Translations under genes and position numbers: made by a program
Notes under the pieces: model-generated
What the model saw: only the letters and a program-made list of their open reading frames with translations
Databases searched by the model: none
Told to the model about the DNA's origin: nothing
In this document: piece by piece, positions 50,057-61,802 of the stretch
How the letters are laid out: each line of letters opens with the position of its first letter
How positions within the stretch are numbered: position 1 is the first letter of the stretch
Source: Macrostomum hystrix
Lineage: Eukaryota; Animalia; Platyhelminthes
DNA length: 64,000 nt
Direction of reading: 5' to 3'
NCBI GenBank assembly: GCA_950097015.1
Contig: CATNEN010000039.1
Coordinates: 13,392,001 to 13,456,000, forward strand

Positions 50057-53000
50057 GACACACTGGTCCTCGCGGCCAGTTGAAGCGTTGTCGCCGCGGT
50101 CAGCAGGCGCCAGGCTGAGTCGAATTCTCGGCCTACTGCGCACGGCCAGAGCCAGCTGCTGCAGGGTCATGTTGGCCACGGATTCGCCCTCCACTTCTAG
50201 CAGCTGATCACCAGGCTGAATGCCCTGAAGTGCAGTGATTTATAGAGACAGTGAAGTATTTTAACAATAGAAAAAGACGAGGCTATTTTTCCCCTGGGGA
50301 AGGACTGCCTACTTCAAGATAGCCTCCCAAACCGAATGACCGATTTTCGTGAAATTCCACCAACTGAATCAAAATTTTCAACCCTTCACGATGAACTAAC
50401 TTTCAAAGCCGTGGGAGCCAGCACCGTTGAGATTTTCAGCGCTTCTCATTGAATACCCGGGTGACAAGGGCAACTAACAAATAGCATTGCTCTGTGTATA
50501 AGCCTCATTAGAGCAGAACATTTTAGCCCGTGTTCTGGATTTTAATGGCGATTGGTTGAATATTTTGAGAGATGACAGAGAAATAAATGTGGGTAATTGA
50601 TAAAAAACAGTATTATGATGGCTTAGCAAGCACGACATCTGAGGTTCGACACCCGAGCTCAGAAGCACCCACCTCATCGTATGCGGGACTGCCCGTAGCC
50701 ACCGAGGCGATCACGAAGGGCGACCGATGCGCCCGCTGCATCGTCAGCAGCTCGCGAGCCGTGGCCACTCGCACCGACAAGCCGAAGGAGTCGGACCTGG
50801 GCTCTTTCAGCAGAGTGACTCGTTTCAGTCGATCAGCTGACTGTTGATTGACAGGTGGACGAGGAGGTCTGCTCAGATAGAAGCTCGATGCCTGACCGAA
50901 CTGTTGCTGCTGCTGCTGCTGCTGCAGACCCTGCGACCAGAATTGGCTCCAAGGGAAGTAGCCGCCAGAGTTGATGGTGTACATTGGGGAGGCCACCGAA
51001 TGATGAAACAGATGGGAGCCGGCATAGTGAGCCGAAATCGGCACGAAACAATAGCCGAAAGGCGGCAGTGGCGGCGGAGGCGGCATCGAGTTGGCCCCGA
51101 TCTGAGGCCTCGGCAGCGACTGACTTGCGGTTTGGAATTCAGCTGAAGTTGAGGGGTGTCAAGACGATGTGTGATTAACAGCAGGACTACCAAGCCATTT
51201 TGCCGCCCTTTTTCTATACCAAGCAGGCCGGGCCCCTGAAATTTTTTTAGCAGCGTTGGTTGGTGACTGATTGGCTGATACACAAGGCGATGGGGTCCTG
51301 TGGTTGAGCTGCGCCTAGTATTTAGGTTTGATCAGTGAAATTGGATAAATTCGAGTCGGGGTTCCATAGTGGCCTATTTCCACCTGTTGTAGCCCTTGAA
51401 GGTCCAGCAAATCCGTCTAGATAAAGCTAGGTGAGCACCGAAGACGGAGATGATGCAGGCACATTCGGGTGACATGCTGATCAATTTTGAAGGCCTGGCA
51501 AGGCCGCACTGAGGCGCAGTGCTAATTTGTATATAGGGGTGTATGAAATACACTAGCGCTTATGGGAAAAATCTGACATTCGACCAGAAACATTGAATAT
51601 CTCGACGGTCTGAAGAGCTGGCGACTTGATTATTGTTTCAGAAGATGCGCAACAAAAAGTTGGCGTGTTCTTGAGTTTCGTGTGCTTGCCACAACATTTT
51701 TTTTGGGGGGGCCATTTTTTCCTGACAATTTTTTGTACCGCATCCGAACGGAACAACGCAAGCTCCCCGCCTTGGCAGTTCTACTGTCTAATTCTAATTC
51801 ATAATAAATAACTACTAAGTATCCCTGCCCCGATTGGGCCAGATGTGCAGCCGACAGCACAGCCGCAGCTATTGCGCGGCGCATCTGAAGGCTGCGTACG
51901 GCTGTTCAGTCCATGGACTGGGGGGACGCCACACCCACCCTCAATCATCCCAGCTGATGCTGGTACCCATTTAACAGCTGGGTAAAATAACGCAACGCAG
52001 AGTTTTGTGTCTTTCCAGCAGTGTCGAGAATCGAGCCCCCGACCTCTAGTAGTGAGTCCGACACTCAAATCACTAGGCAACAATCCCAATGAGTTAGAAA
52101 TGCTTACATATAACAGATCTTATTTCCAACTTTCAATCCTTCAAATATTCACTACGGAAATCCCACTTTGCAATCGCCCTTCTTAAAATCTCATTTTCTA
52201 ATCCCTCTCAAGTTACTTAATGGTAATAACAAACAAGTGAAACTTTGTTCAATTGCTGGCCTCTATAAAAAGTACATTGCGTCGACAGTTTTAGAATTCC
52301 GGGCTGCACACTTGCAGGAAAACTTTGTCCCGAAAATTAGTCAGCGATGCGTTTCGAAAAGATGGGAAAAGAGAGATTTACCAGGGCACCAAAAGCTGTT
52401 GTTTACTCTAGGACAGAGTGGCGGACAGATGCCGGGCCTGGGTGGGCATCGGACTGTGGCACTATTGCCAGTTTGCACCACAAACAGTCAGGGCAATGTT
52501 TTTGTACGAAGGGGAAAATCCGTGTTGAGGGGAACACAGGATGAACTAACTGTCAAAGCTAAGTCTTAATATGATGGGGATGGCTATATTGGTGGTTTTA
52601 GACACCAGACACCCCGTTGAATATCTCGTCGCTTCCGATGTCATGTCATCCTGGAAAAAATTTGCCCGAGTTCTGGATTTTCAGGGCGATCGGGTTGAAT
52701 ACGAGCTACGAGCTTGCGTTTTGGGAGCTACAGAAAAAATAACATTTTGGGTCTTTGGAATGCAACCGTGGTCTTTCGTCTGTAAAAGGCCACGATAAAT
52801 CGATAATGCAAGATAAGAAGGGCAGAGTGTGCGACAGTGGGTTAGAAACGGACCAATCAGAAAGCTTTAGAGGAAAGAGCTAGAAATAGATTAAAGACTG
52901 AGAGAGGTGAGAGGCAAGACCCCCATAGAGTGAACGCAATCGGATTCGCTGAGCTCTCATTGGCTGGATTGTACTAGCTATTTTTATAGTTAAACTTTTT

Positions 53001-56000
53001 AGAGTGGGGTGGGTGTCTCGTTTTGAGTAACTCTATTCCCCCAGTCAATGAGACCACACTGAAGTTCTCGAGTCTTCTTTAGAGAGAAGAAATTCCATCA
53101 AGTATTATACCTTTTTGCGTTCTATTTGGGCTAAATTGAAAACTGTTAGTATTGGGGCTGGGTGACGGGCTCGCTGATCGATATTAGGGGTAGGGGTGAG
53201 ATAACCCTATAGCCAATGAGCATGAGGGGGTTAATTTGTAAGTCAAAATATAGAATGTATTAAAAATGATTATAATATCAGAAACTAAAAGCGAAACAAG
53301 AAAGGGGAATTTGTTTATTTGATCTGCCACAGTACTATTGACTTTCACATCTTCATTGCAACCCATCATGACAGCTGACTGTGCTGTACAAAATTTTTTT
53401 ATGAAACGAAAAGAAGTTTTCCTTTTACAAAAGCTTAAATTAAAAAAGTGCATCGTGTCCCAGCGCCTGCGCATTTCCTCCCTGGCTCTTCTGTATGTGA
53501 ACTTTTCGTAGGACTGCCTGCATCTATAAAACTGTCGGACTGCACTCGTACCAGGCTGGGGATCAGGAGAAAATATCTAGGCATGGAAACAATGTACAGC
53601 CAGAATAGGTAGGGAATGGACGCAGAGGGACTGTAAATGGCATTTGGGGGCTACCGATTTCTGGTCCGAAAACCTCCCGCTTTTTACACCCATTCGCCAA
53701 GATTTTCTAGGTTGTAAACTGTAAACTGCGACCAGTGCCAAATGAAGATTCTAGTCTCACCTTTACTACCGGAGTTTCAATTAGCAAAAGCAGAATAACT
53801 TTTCTGGTGTCTTGTCGAATCAAGCTAAGAGTATGGTAACTATCCATCTTATGCAGTCTGTCATTATTTAATTTTTCTAATTGCGGTTTCCTTTTCAGAT
53901 CCTCACCTGCCAAGTCGCACTGCACCTCTCTATCAGAAGTCTCCGGCAAGCCGTGGAGTCGCTGCCGCTCGACTCCAGAATCCAGCGACATCGGAGCCGC
54001 ATCGAAATCCTCGGGCAGAGAGGCGGGCACCCCGACAACGGCCCTGGGATGCCGGGACTTGAGAAATTCGCCCTCCAGCTGGGAGGAGGTGAGCGACGCC
54101 TGATCCTCGGAGCGGCCAGCCGCCGTAGCCGACGGAGCGTAGAGAAGGCGGTAGATTTGCTGCTCCACCACCGCCTGATTAGTCGGGGTGTCCGCGGCTG
54201 AGCCGTCTGCAGTGATTGCGGTTTAACGAAAAGAAAAATTATATTTTTTTGCAAGAGGGCTATGGACAATGACCCGTCATTTGGCGACACTAGACCCGCA
54301 GCCAGCGGGGAGGCAATTCTGCCCATTCCGCCGACTCCTGAGCACACAATCACACAGGTGTGTACATCCGCCCAGACCGTCTCGTCGTCGAGCACACTTT
54401 ACTATGCACTTTAAAGTGTACACTTTACTATGCCTTCGAGATTAGCCCTCTAGAGCGTAAACTACACTACAAGCCCACAGGGACTGAGCGGAATCGAGCT
54501 CGGCACCTTGGTGCGAGACGCAGACTTGTTAAAGCGTTATCAAATGATGTGCCGAGGCCGAATGGCTAAGTCTCAATCGATAGGTCAATTGGTCGATGAA
54601 AAATTGGTCGATGAGATTTCATCAACGATTTGATTTGATTTAAAAGAGAGGGAGAAATTGTATTTTAATTATACAGGTGTCTATGCAGGTGTCTATGAAA
54701 GGGCGTACTCGAGTGTTAAAAACACATTTTAGTTGGCTAGTCTGCCTTGAAGCTAACCTCCATGAGAATTGCTTCTTCCGTCGGTCGTCCGTCTGCGCCG
54801 ATGTCGCTGTCGATGCTGCGGCCTCCTCCGACGCTCTTCCGGTTCGCCTGGCGAGAAAGCCAGCGTCGACTGCAGATCTTTTTGCTGCTTGAGCTTCTCC
54901 TCAAGGGCTCGGCGCGGACTGTTCAGTGCCCAGAAGCCTTTGTCTCGCAGTTCGGACAGCGGCAGTCGTGACTTCGCTGCAGTGGTAGTCGCCGAAACGC
55001 CATTCAATCTGGCGTCCTCGACATCGTTGTCATCGCTGTCGTCTTCGTCATAGTCGCCGCTGCTTTCATCGTTATCGTCGAAGTCGTCGCGAGCGCCGCT
55101 ACTGCCGGCGGTGGATAGAATTGATGCCATGCCCGCGGCTGCTGCTGCGATCGGCGGCTCCTCCTCCTCCGACGAGAACAGAGGAAGCTTGGATCTGTAT
55201 CGCACCTGAGGATGGGAGGCGGTTCGGATAGGGGCATGGGATTGTGTGGCATACTTTTTTGACAGGTGTCTCACTTGTATCTCGAGTGACATCTGTTCCA
55301 AAAAATGTTTGGTGTCAAGCATACCTGAAAAGTAGCCGATCTCAGCTTAATAACCGAAGTCGCCCTGTCATCAGACAGCTTCCGTATCTGGGCACTGTCG
55401 GACAGGGTGATTCTCTCATTCGCTGCGGACACCGCCGCGGCCCTGAGTCGTTGAGCGGCCGCTGCGGCCGCCGCCGCAGCCGCCGTCGCGTCGCTGATGC
55501 GAATGGCGCCGCTCAAACTGCTTCTACCAGTCGAACGTCGAACGTCAAACTTTGCTCCGGCCGACGTTCGCGTATTGAGGGTTCGGCTGGCATCGCCGAT
55601 GCTACCGACACCTCCGTCAACGCCCTGTTTGCTCATGCCGCCTCTGCCAAGCGAAAGTGATGCCATCTTCTGGCCGAAACGCTGCTCAAACTCAGCAGCA
55701 ATGTGGCTGTCCTGTGGGATGCCGTAGCTTAATGGCAGATTCGACTGCCTCAAGAAAGTAGCAATACCTGAAGATCCCCAAGCAACTCCCTGAAGATCCC
55801 CAAGCAACTGCATGAAGATCCCCAAGCAACTACATGAAGATCCCCAAGCAACTACCTGAAGATCCCCAAGCAACTACATGAAGATCCCGCAGCAAACTTG
55901 GGAAAAGGCACGCACCCGCAGTAGCAGCTCGGCGCCCTTGAATCGGCTGCGGCACAGTTCAGCAAACTCGGGTCTCTGAGCCGCCGGAAGAAGCAGGACA

Positions 56001-57451
56001 ATCTCGCGCAGCAGATTCAGCTTTTTCGGCGAGTCTAAGATTGGCTCCAGGTAGTCGACAAACTGCTCTGTGGTCCTGGTGCAGCGAAACACCTTCAGAG
56101 CCTCCTTGAAGGTCTGGCACTCCTCCGAGTTCAGCACCTGGTGTGCCACTTTGCGGAGGCTCACACTCCTGAGGGAGCAATTGGTGATCTAGGCATTCAG
56201 GTGAGGCTGTGAGGATTTCAGATGAGGCTGTGAGGGTTTCAGGTGAGGCTGTGAGGCTTTCAGATGAGGCTGTGAGGCTTTCAGGTGAGGCTGTGAGGAT
56301 TTCAGGTGAGGCTGTGAGGGTTTCAGATGAGGCTGTGAGGATTTCAGATGAGGCTGTGAGGCTTTCAGATGAGGCTGCGAGGATTTCAGATGAGGCTGTG
56401 AGGGTTTCAGGTGAGGCTGTGAGGCTTTCAGGTGAGGCTGTGAGGCATTCAGGTGAGGCTGTGAGGGTTTCAGGTGAGTCTGTGAGGCATTCAAGAGAGG
56501 CTGTGAGGCATTCAGTAGAGGCTGTGAGGCTTTCAGTAGAGGCTGTGAGGCTTTCAGGTGAGGCTGTGAGGCATTCAGGTGAGGCTGTGAGGCTTTCAGG
56601 TGAGGCTGTGAGGCTGTGAGGGTTTCAGGTGAGGCTGTGAGGCTGTGAGGGTTTCAGGTGAGGCTGTGAGGCTGTGAGGGTTTCAGGTGAGGCTGTGAGG
56701 CTTTCAGGTGAGGCTGTGAGGCTTTCAGGTGAGGCTGTGAGGCTGTGAGGGTTTCAGGTGAGGCTGTGAGGCTGTGAGGGTTTCAGGTGAGGCTATGAGG
56801 CTGTGAGGGTTTCAGGTGAGGCTGTGAGGCTGTGAGGGTTTCAGGTGAGGCTGTGAGGCTGTGAGGGTTTCAGGTGAGGCTGAGGCTGTGAGGGTTTCAG
56901 GTGAGGCTGTGAGGCTGTGAGGGTTTCAAGTGAGGCTGTGAGGCTGTGAGGGTTTCAGGTGAGGCTGTGAGGCTGTGAGGGTTTCAGGTGAGGCTGTGAG
57001 GCTGTGAGGGTTTCAGGTGAGGCTGAGGCTGTGAGGGTTTCAGGTGAGGCTGTGAGGCTGTGAGGGTTTCAGGTGAGGCTGTGAGGCTGTGAGGGTTTCA
57101 GGTGAGGCTGTGAGGCTGTGAGGGTTTCAGGTGAGGCTGTGAGGCTTTCAGGTGAGGCTGTGAGGAGATATTGAATTTAACGGATTGAATATTAAACGAA
57201 AAAAATTGGAAATTTTTTTTGAGATTAAGTGAAATTGGTTTTCAACTAACTGAAGATTTTTTGATTAATATTTCAACAAACCAAGGAAGTGATTTTTTCG
57301 GAATCGAAATAAAAAGTACTTAATTTAACGAATAGTTTTGTTATTTTACCTCGTCATTTTAGAGTCATTGTGAATAGAAAAAAGGATAAAATGAGAAAAT
57401 ATTCGCGGGCACTCACTGGCTGTAGTTCCGTCTGTCCCGGGCAGAAGACAT
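50054..57451 (-). CDS. Harmonin-N-like + C-terminal PDZ scaffold (whirlin/PDZD7-like), about 690 aa; exons 57417-57451, 55916-56168, 55325-55711, (55275-55292), 54758-55205, 53907-54206, 50673-51142, 50054-50224
   Basis: HN-like domain LNSEECQTFKEALKVF...LEPILDSPKKLNLLREIVLLLPAAQRPEF. Proline-rich segment, then PDZ LKRVTLLKEP..SFGLSV...VIASVATGSPAYDE/GIQPGDQLLEVEGESV. All splice phases are consistent. Confidence 0.8.
50285..50610. mobile_element. Dispersed repeat family C
   Basis: Shares blocks with 29550-29720 and 58585-58950 (ACGATGAACTAACTTTC; GGCGATTGGTT.AATATTTTG). Confidence 0.6.
51823..52085 (-). mobile_element. SINE family A copy
   Basis: Highly similar to 9991-10270. Confidence 0.85.
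54275..54530 (-). mobile_element. SINE family B, diverged copy
   Basis: CATTTGGCGACACTAGACCCGCAGCCAGCG...GGAATCGAGCTC...CCTTGGTGCGAGAC. Confidence 0.75.
55765..55890. repeat. Short ~21-22 bp intronic tandem repeat GAAGATCCCCAAGCAACTACAT
   Basis: About 5-6 units. Confidence 0.9.
56190..57165. repeat. 21-bp minisatellite TTCAGGTGAGGCTGTGAGGGT that becomes a 29-bp unit by internal 8-bp duplication
   Basis: Tandem array; the unit changes near 56600. Confidence 0.97.
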
Positions 57452-58584
57452 CACTACCTGGACTAAATCCTGATTGTTTCTTCTAAGCCTAAAAAGGTTG
57501 CGTTTTTTCGCAGGTGTTCCTTGAGCACAGAAAAAGTACCTTTCAATGAGAAGTTGTTTGTGTGCGCCTGGGTCCAATGGTCCAATGGGCACAACTAAAT
57601 GTGCACTCTCCGTTGGTGTCCAGTTTGCCTGCCTATTTCTATAGACTGCTGCTCCGTATGATATGTTGTGTCCCAATTCCTATCCCTGTGCACTCGGGGC
57701 AAAGTGTGGAGCCAATGGCAGGCTTTTCTTTGTCTCTCTTTCCTGTAGCGCTTTTTGGTATTTTACCGCTAGTTATTTTCATTGGCAAGTGCTAATTATT
57801 ACCTCTATGGTACAACTATCGTGCTGGATTACACTAAACAACGAGGCAAATAGTTGAAGGCCGGTTATTAGACGTCCCAAGGACCACTAGTAGATAGAGG
57901 ACGTTATATACACTCGGATTTCGTGGAAATTTTTTTGAAGTCCGATTTTCACCGCAAAATACATTGGCGAGATATAGTAAAATTTCACGTTTTTAATATT
58001 CAGAGGCCTGTTGTAATTGATTTGTAAATACAAATCGCTTACTATTCTCTAGGTTTATTTCTTTCAAGTTTTATACAAAACTTTTCGCTACAGCTTCCTA
58101 CAGCAGGTCGGCAGGATGCGATTGTCTTTGCGTTGTTTTTTTGTTACTGTGTAGAGAATGAATGTATGCCTAGTTCTGAGTAATTGGTCATCTTGAGTAA
58201 CTTTTAATTAGAGAGCAGTAGGATCATCTTCATAGTGTCCTAGCTTCGTAGCTTTCGGAATTTCTAGGGGTACATGTACTCTACTGTACTTTTATTCCGC
58301 AAAAATGCGGTTAAAGCTACAAACTAATATTTTTTATAAAACTGGAATAAATTCTGGACAACCTGGTGAAAGAATCAGCTCTTTATCTGCAAAGAAAAAA
58401 AATGGCAGCAGTTTGAAAAATCGGCCTTCAAAAAAATTTGCACCATTTTAGAGTGTTACGTCCTTCTACTTGAGTAGTCCGTTAGTCGTCCCTGTGTGTT
58501 TTGTCAATTTACCTTCTGCTTATAGAGATGTTTTTACATGCCGGTAATTTTATAGAAGACAAGCGATGAGTAGAAATCGCAAGC

Positions 58585-58950
58585 TAGGAAAAGTACTGCC
58601 TACTTCATTATATTTCCAACCCTAACGACCAATCGTTACGATGAACTAACTTTCGAAGCCGTCCGTCGTCAGTATCGTCGAGATATTCAGCTATGACCTC
58701 TATGACGAATGCTTATTGGTTTAATAATAATTGGTTTAAGAAATAAAATTAACGATATAACTAATACAATCTAATGAACAATAGGAGTAAAAAATCGTTG
58801 AATATCTGGACGATGACGATGTTTTGTGATTCCTGGAAGTTGTTTCATCGGATAGAGCAGAAAATGTTAGTAGTGTAACCGATTTTATTGGCGATTGGTT
58901 AAATATTTTGGGAGATAAATAAAAAACTATAAATGCATGGGCATTAAAAA
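58585..58950. mobile_element. Dispersed repeat family C, diverged copy
   Basis: Shares ACTGCCTACTTCA, ACGATGAACTAACTTTC and GGCGATTGGTT.AATATTTTG with 50285-50610. Confidence 0.55.
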
Positions 58951-59559
58951 CTCCCCTGCGGTTTTTCTATACTGTTTCGCTGTAGAAAACGCAGTTAGCT
59001 AACTTATAACTACAAAAAAGTATAAAAATAGAAATAAAAAAAGCAAATAGAATGCATTAGTGCACAATTGCGATGTTAGATCATAAACTAGGTAGCTAGC
59101 ATACATCAAACTTCAGAAAAAATACGAGTGATAATTATCCACACATCATGCACGGCGACCAACTCATCCCAAACCTGTCAATTGTGACGAATCGTTTGGA
59201 GGCAACGCTTGGGTTTTGGGTTACATGTGGATATTTTTGGGGAACAATATAACTCAGAGATGCGTTGAAAAGGATTTTGAAGCGAATTATCAATACGGCT
59301 ACTGATCATCAACTTATTGATGATATTAAGTGTATTGTTTTTGTTTACCTACAAACGATCAATTGTAAAGAATTTTACAATTTCGCGATTGTAGTCTTTG
59401 AACTGAGACGTTTTTTGATCTAAGTTCTCAAGTTCTCGACTACTTAACGTTCACCCAACAGAATTAAATTGTTGTTACCAAGCATCAGCCGGGGCAGATA
59501 ATGTAGTGCATCGCCACGGCCTCACCGATAGTCTACGGTTGGGGTATAGACTTTTATTT

Positions 59560-60284
59560 AGCCCCCTTTACGTCACGGTCTTCTTATCTATGGTTAATTG
59601 CCATCGGTGTAGATACTCCGAGAAAGCCTTCGTCCCAAAGTTTATCCTCTCTGGCGCTCAGAATTACACTGCAGACCTACTCAGGCCAGCACCTTTGCCA
59701 GCTCTTGTAGACTCTTTCATAGCAACGGCCAGCGCTTTCCTACTCTCCATGAACTCCTTATCCTTCCAAAGACTCCAGTCTCGCTTTAATACAGCTTGCA
59801 GGTGTAACTGTAACATGGACACGAAGTCCTTAAGAGTCGATGTTCAATACACCGTCTAGTTATTCCGCAGCTCGAGAATAAAAAACTTTAATATAAAATT
59901 TAAGTCCGACTTTGACATCTCGCAGAGCTCTTTCAAGACCATAAGAGATGGCCCTCCGCCTTCCACCCAGGCCATCTTCTTCAGTTCGTGCCACTTGTTG
60001 AATGTTTTCACCATCCATGCGGCCTTCCTCTTCGTATTCTCCGGGTAGTTGTCTTCTATTTTCTTATCGATCTCTTCCTCCGTGGTCAACTTGTACCTGC
60101 GGACGCTCGCATTCGGCTCCATGAAAAGAGAATCGAGAAAGTTGTGGTCAATTTCGAGATGAAAATCAAATGCCAAATCCATCCTATAAGATATGTGTCG
60201 TCTCTTTATTTCTAGTGCTCTACTTCGAGTAACAAAATCGCTTTCCTCTCTTCTATTCTTTATTTCCTCTCGGTTTTCTGCCAT
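59560..60284 (-). pseudogene. Degraded DUF3504/Crypton-like tyrosine-recombinase transposon fragment (ZMYM/QRICH1/KCTD1-related)
   Basis: PENTKRKAAWMVKTFNKW...LNFILKFFILELRN continues through stops as STLKDFVSMLQLHL...KEFMESRKALAVAMKESTRAGKG and, after a frameshift, EDKLWDEGFLGVSTP. This is the motif order typical of the family. Confidence 0.75.
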
Positions 60285-61240
60285 AGACTACCGGCTTTGA
60301 ATCGTTCAGTCAATGAGGCCACACTGTCAGACAAATAAAATAATCCAAGGGGGTGATACCACATACTTATCTGTCTATGTGCTCTGGACTCGAACCCACG
60401 ACTGTATTTAAGTGTAGAGATGCCAATCAGACCAATGCGCTTATGTAATGTGAAAATGCGAAAAATATCAAAAAACATTTAATAAACGTTGTTAGGGAAA
60501 GGCGATGTATGTTACTCAAAAGACTATTATAGTAATCTAATTGGGACATAGGTTGTATAATCTATTAAGAGCGTACAAAAATCAACGTACCAATTACGAA
60601 CACATGTACAAATGTTCTGAGGAAGTGAGGAATATAAATAATTTTAGGCCAGACTAGGAAATAATTCAATTAAGATAGATTTTCAGACTAAACGAGGAGC
60701 AGAAAGGGCAGCAAGTAAAGAATTAAGAGAGCAGCCATCTCGTTAGCTTACTTCCACCAGAGTCAACCAGAGTGACTAGAGAACAGTGGCAGCCAACCAG
60801 AGTGACTAGAGAACAGTGGGACGCTGTAGCAGTCCCACTCCATTCACATACATCTGTATCCTTTCTCCCGTTATCTCCTATGCTACCTCGCCTACGTCGC
60901 GTTTCCCCGCTCTTATACACCCTCAGATTCCTTCCTTTCTAGCCTTATGTAACTACACCTTCTACCATTTCTCGACAGTCTTAGGTATCTAACCTTCTAC
61001 AATTTCTCTAACGACTTTGCTAACGACTTAATTCTCTCACCTCTCACCTCTCACTTCATCTTCGGGTTGGAGAGCCAGTCTCTTCGTCAAAAGTTACTTC
61101 AAATTGCCAAGGACCAGCTCACGCTCGAAATTTTTGTTCAGGAAACACTGCTATTAGAATCCGTGCACATCGCTACCGATCCCTCAGAAAATCATCGCCA
61201 CTGTAAAGCTGCCGAATAGGAAGAAGAAGCTTTCAAATTC

Positions 61241-61362
61241 ACGACTTTTAAAGGCGGTCTCAAAACCCGACTCAAAAGACCAGCGCTCTCTTCCTTTCTA
61301 GCGACTTTCAAAGGCGGTCTGAAAACCCGACTCAAAAGACCAGCGCTCTCTCCGTTTCTAGC
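61241..61362. repeat. 60-bp tandem duplication
   Basis: CGACTTT.AAAGGCGGTCT.AAAACCCGACTCAAAAGACCAGCGCTCTCT occurs twice at 60-bp spacing. Confidence 0.9.
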
Positions 61363-61747
61363 GCCAACAATCAAGCCTCAAAGGGTGCGTGTTTCTCGTG
61401 TGGTAAATCATGTCCTTGCTCGCATGTGTGCGAGCTTATTGACTCCACCAGTTGTGGAACATCAAATTAAGTGAGCAAGACAAGTAAGAAATTCTAAAAT
61501 TGTAGATTTTTTATTTTAATGATGCGATAAATGCGTAATGATCTAATTTATCAGTCTTAACAAAAGGCATATTGTACCATGGTAAGTTAAGAGGCGGTTA
61601 ATTTTTCACTTCAGATATAGTTATAAAATAAACATATATGCATTAAAGACATTCAAAATCTTTTATTATATTACTAAAATTCAGCAACGCCCCGAAAAAG
61701 TATTATTAACATTTTCAAATTACGCAAAATCTTCTAGCCGTCCAAGT

Positions 61748-61802
61748 CAAGGACCACTAGAAGAAGATGTGATGAGAAGATGTCTTCTTCTAGTGGTCCT
61801 TG
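61748..61802. mobile_element. 55-bp MITE with 20-bp perfect TIRs and an 8-bp TSD (P- or hAT-type)
   Basis: CAAGGACCACTAGAAGAAGA ... TCTTCTTCTAGTGGTCCTTG, flanked by GTCCAAGT and GTCCAATT. Confidence 0.7.

Noticed and set aside
56190-57165. Array of TTTCAG/GTGAG recursive splice sites
   Set aside because: The motif is antisense to the host gene, so it is absent from that pre-mRNA.
60554-61001. Possible solo LTR (TGTA...TACA with an internal 30-bp duplication)
   Set aside because: No second copy, TSD or primer site to support the boundaries.
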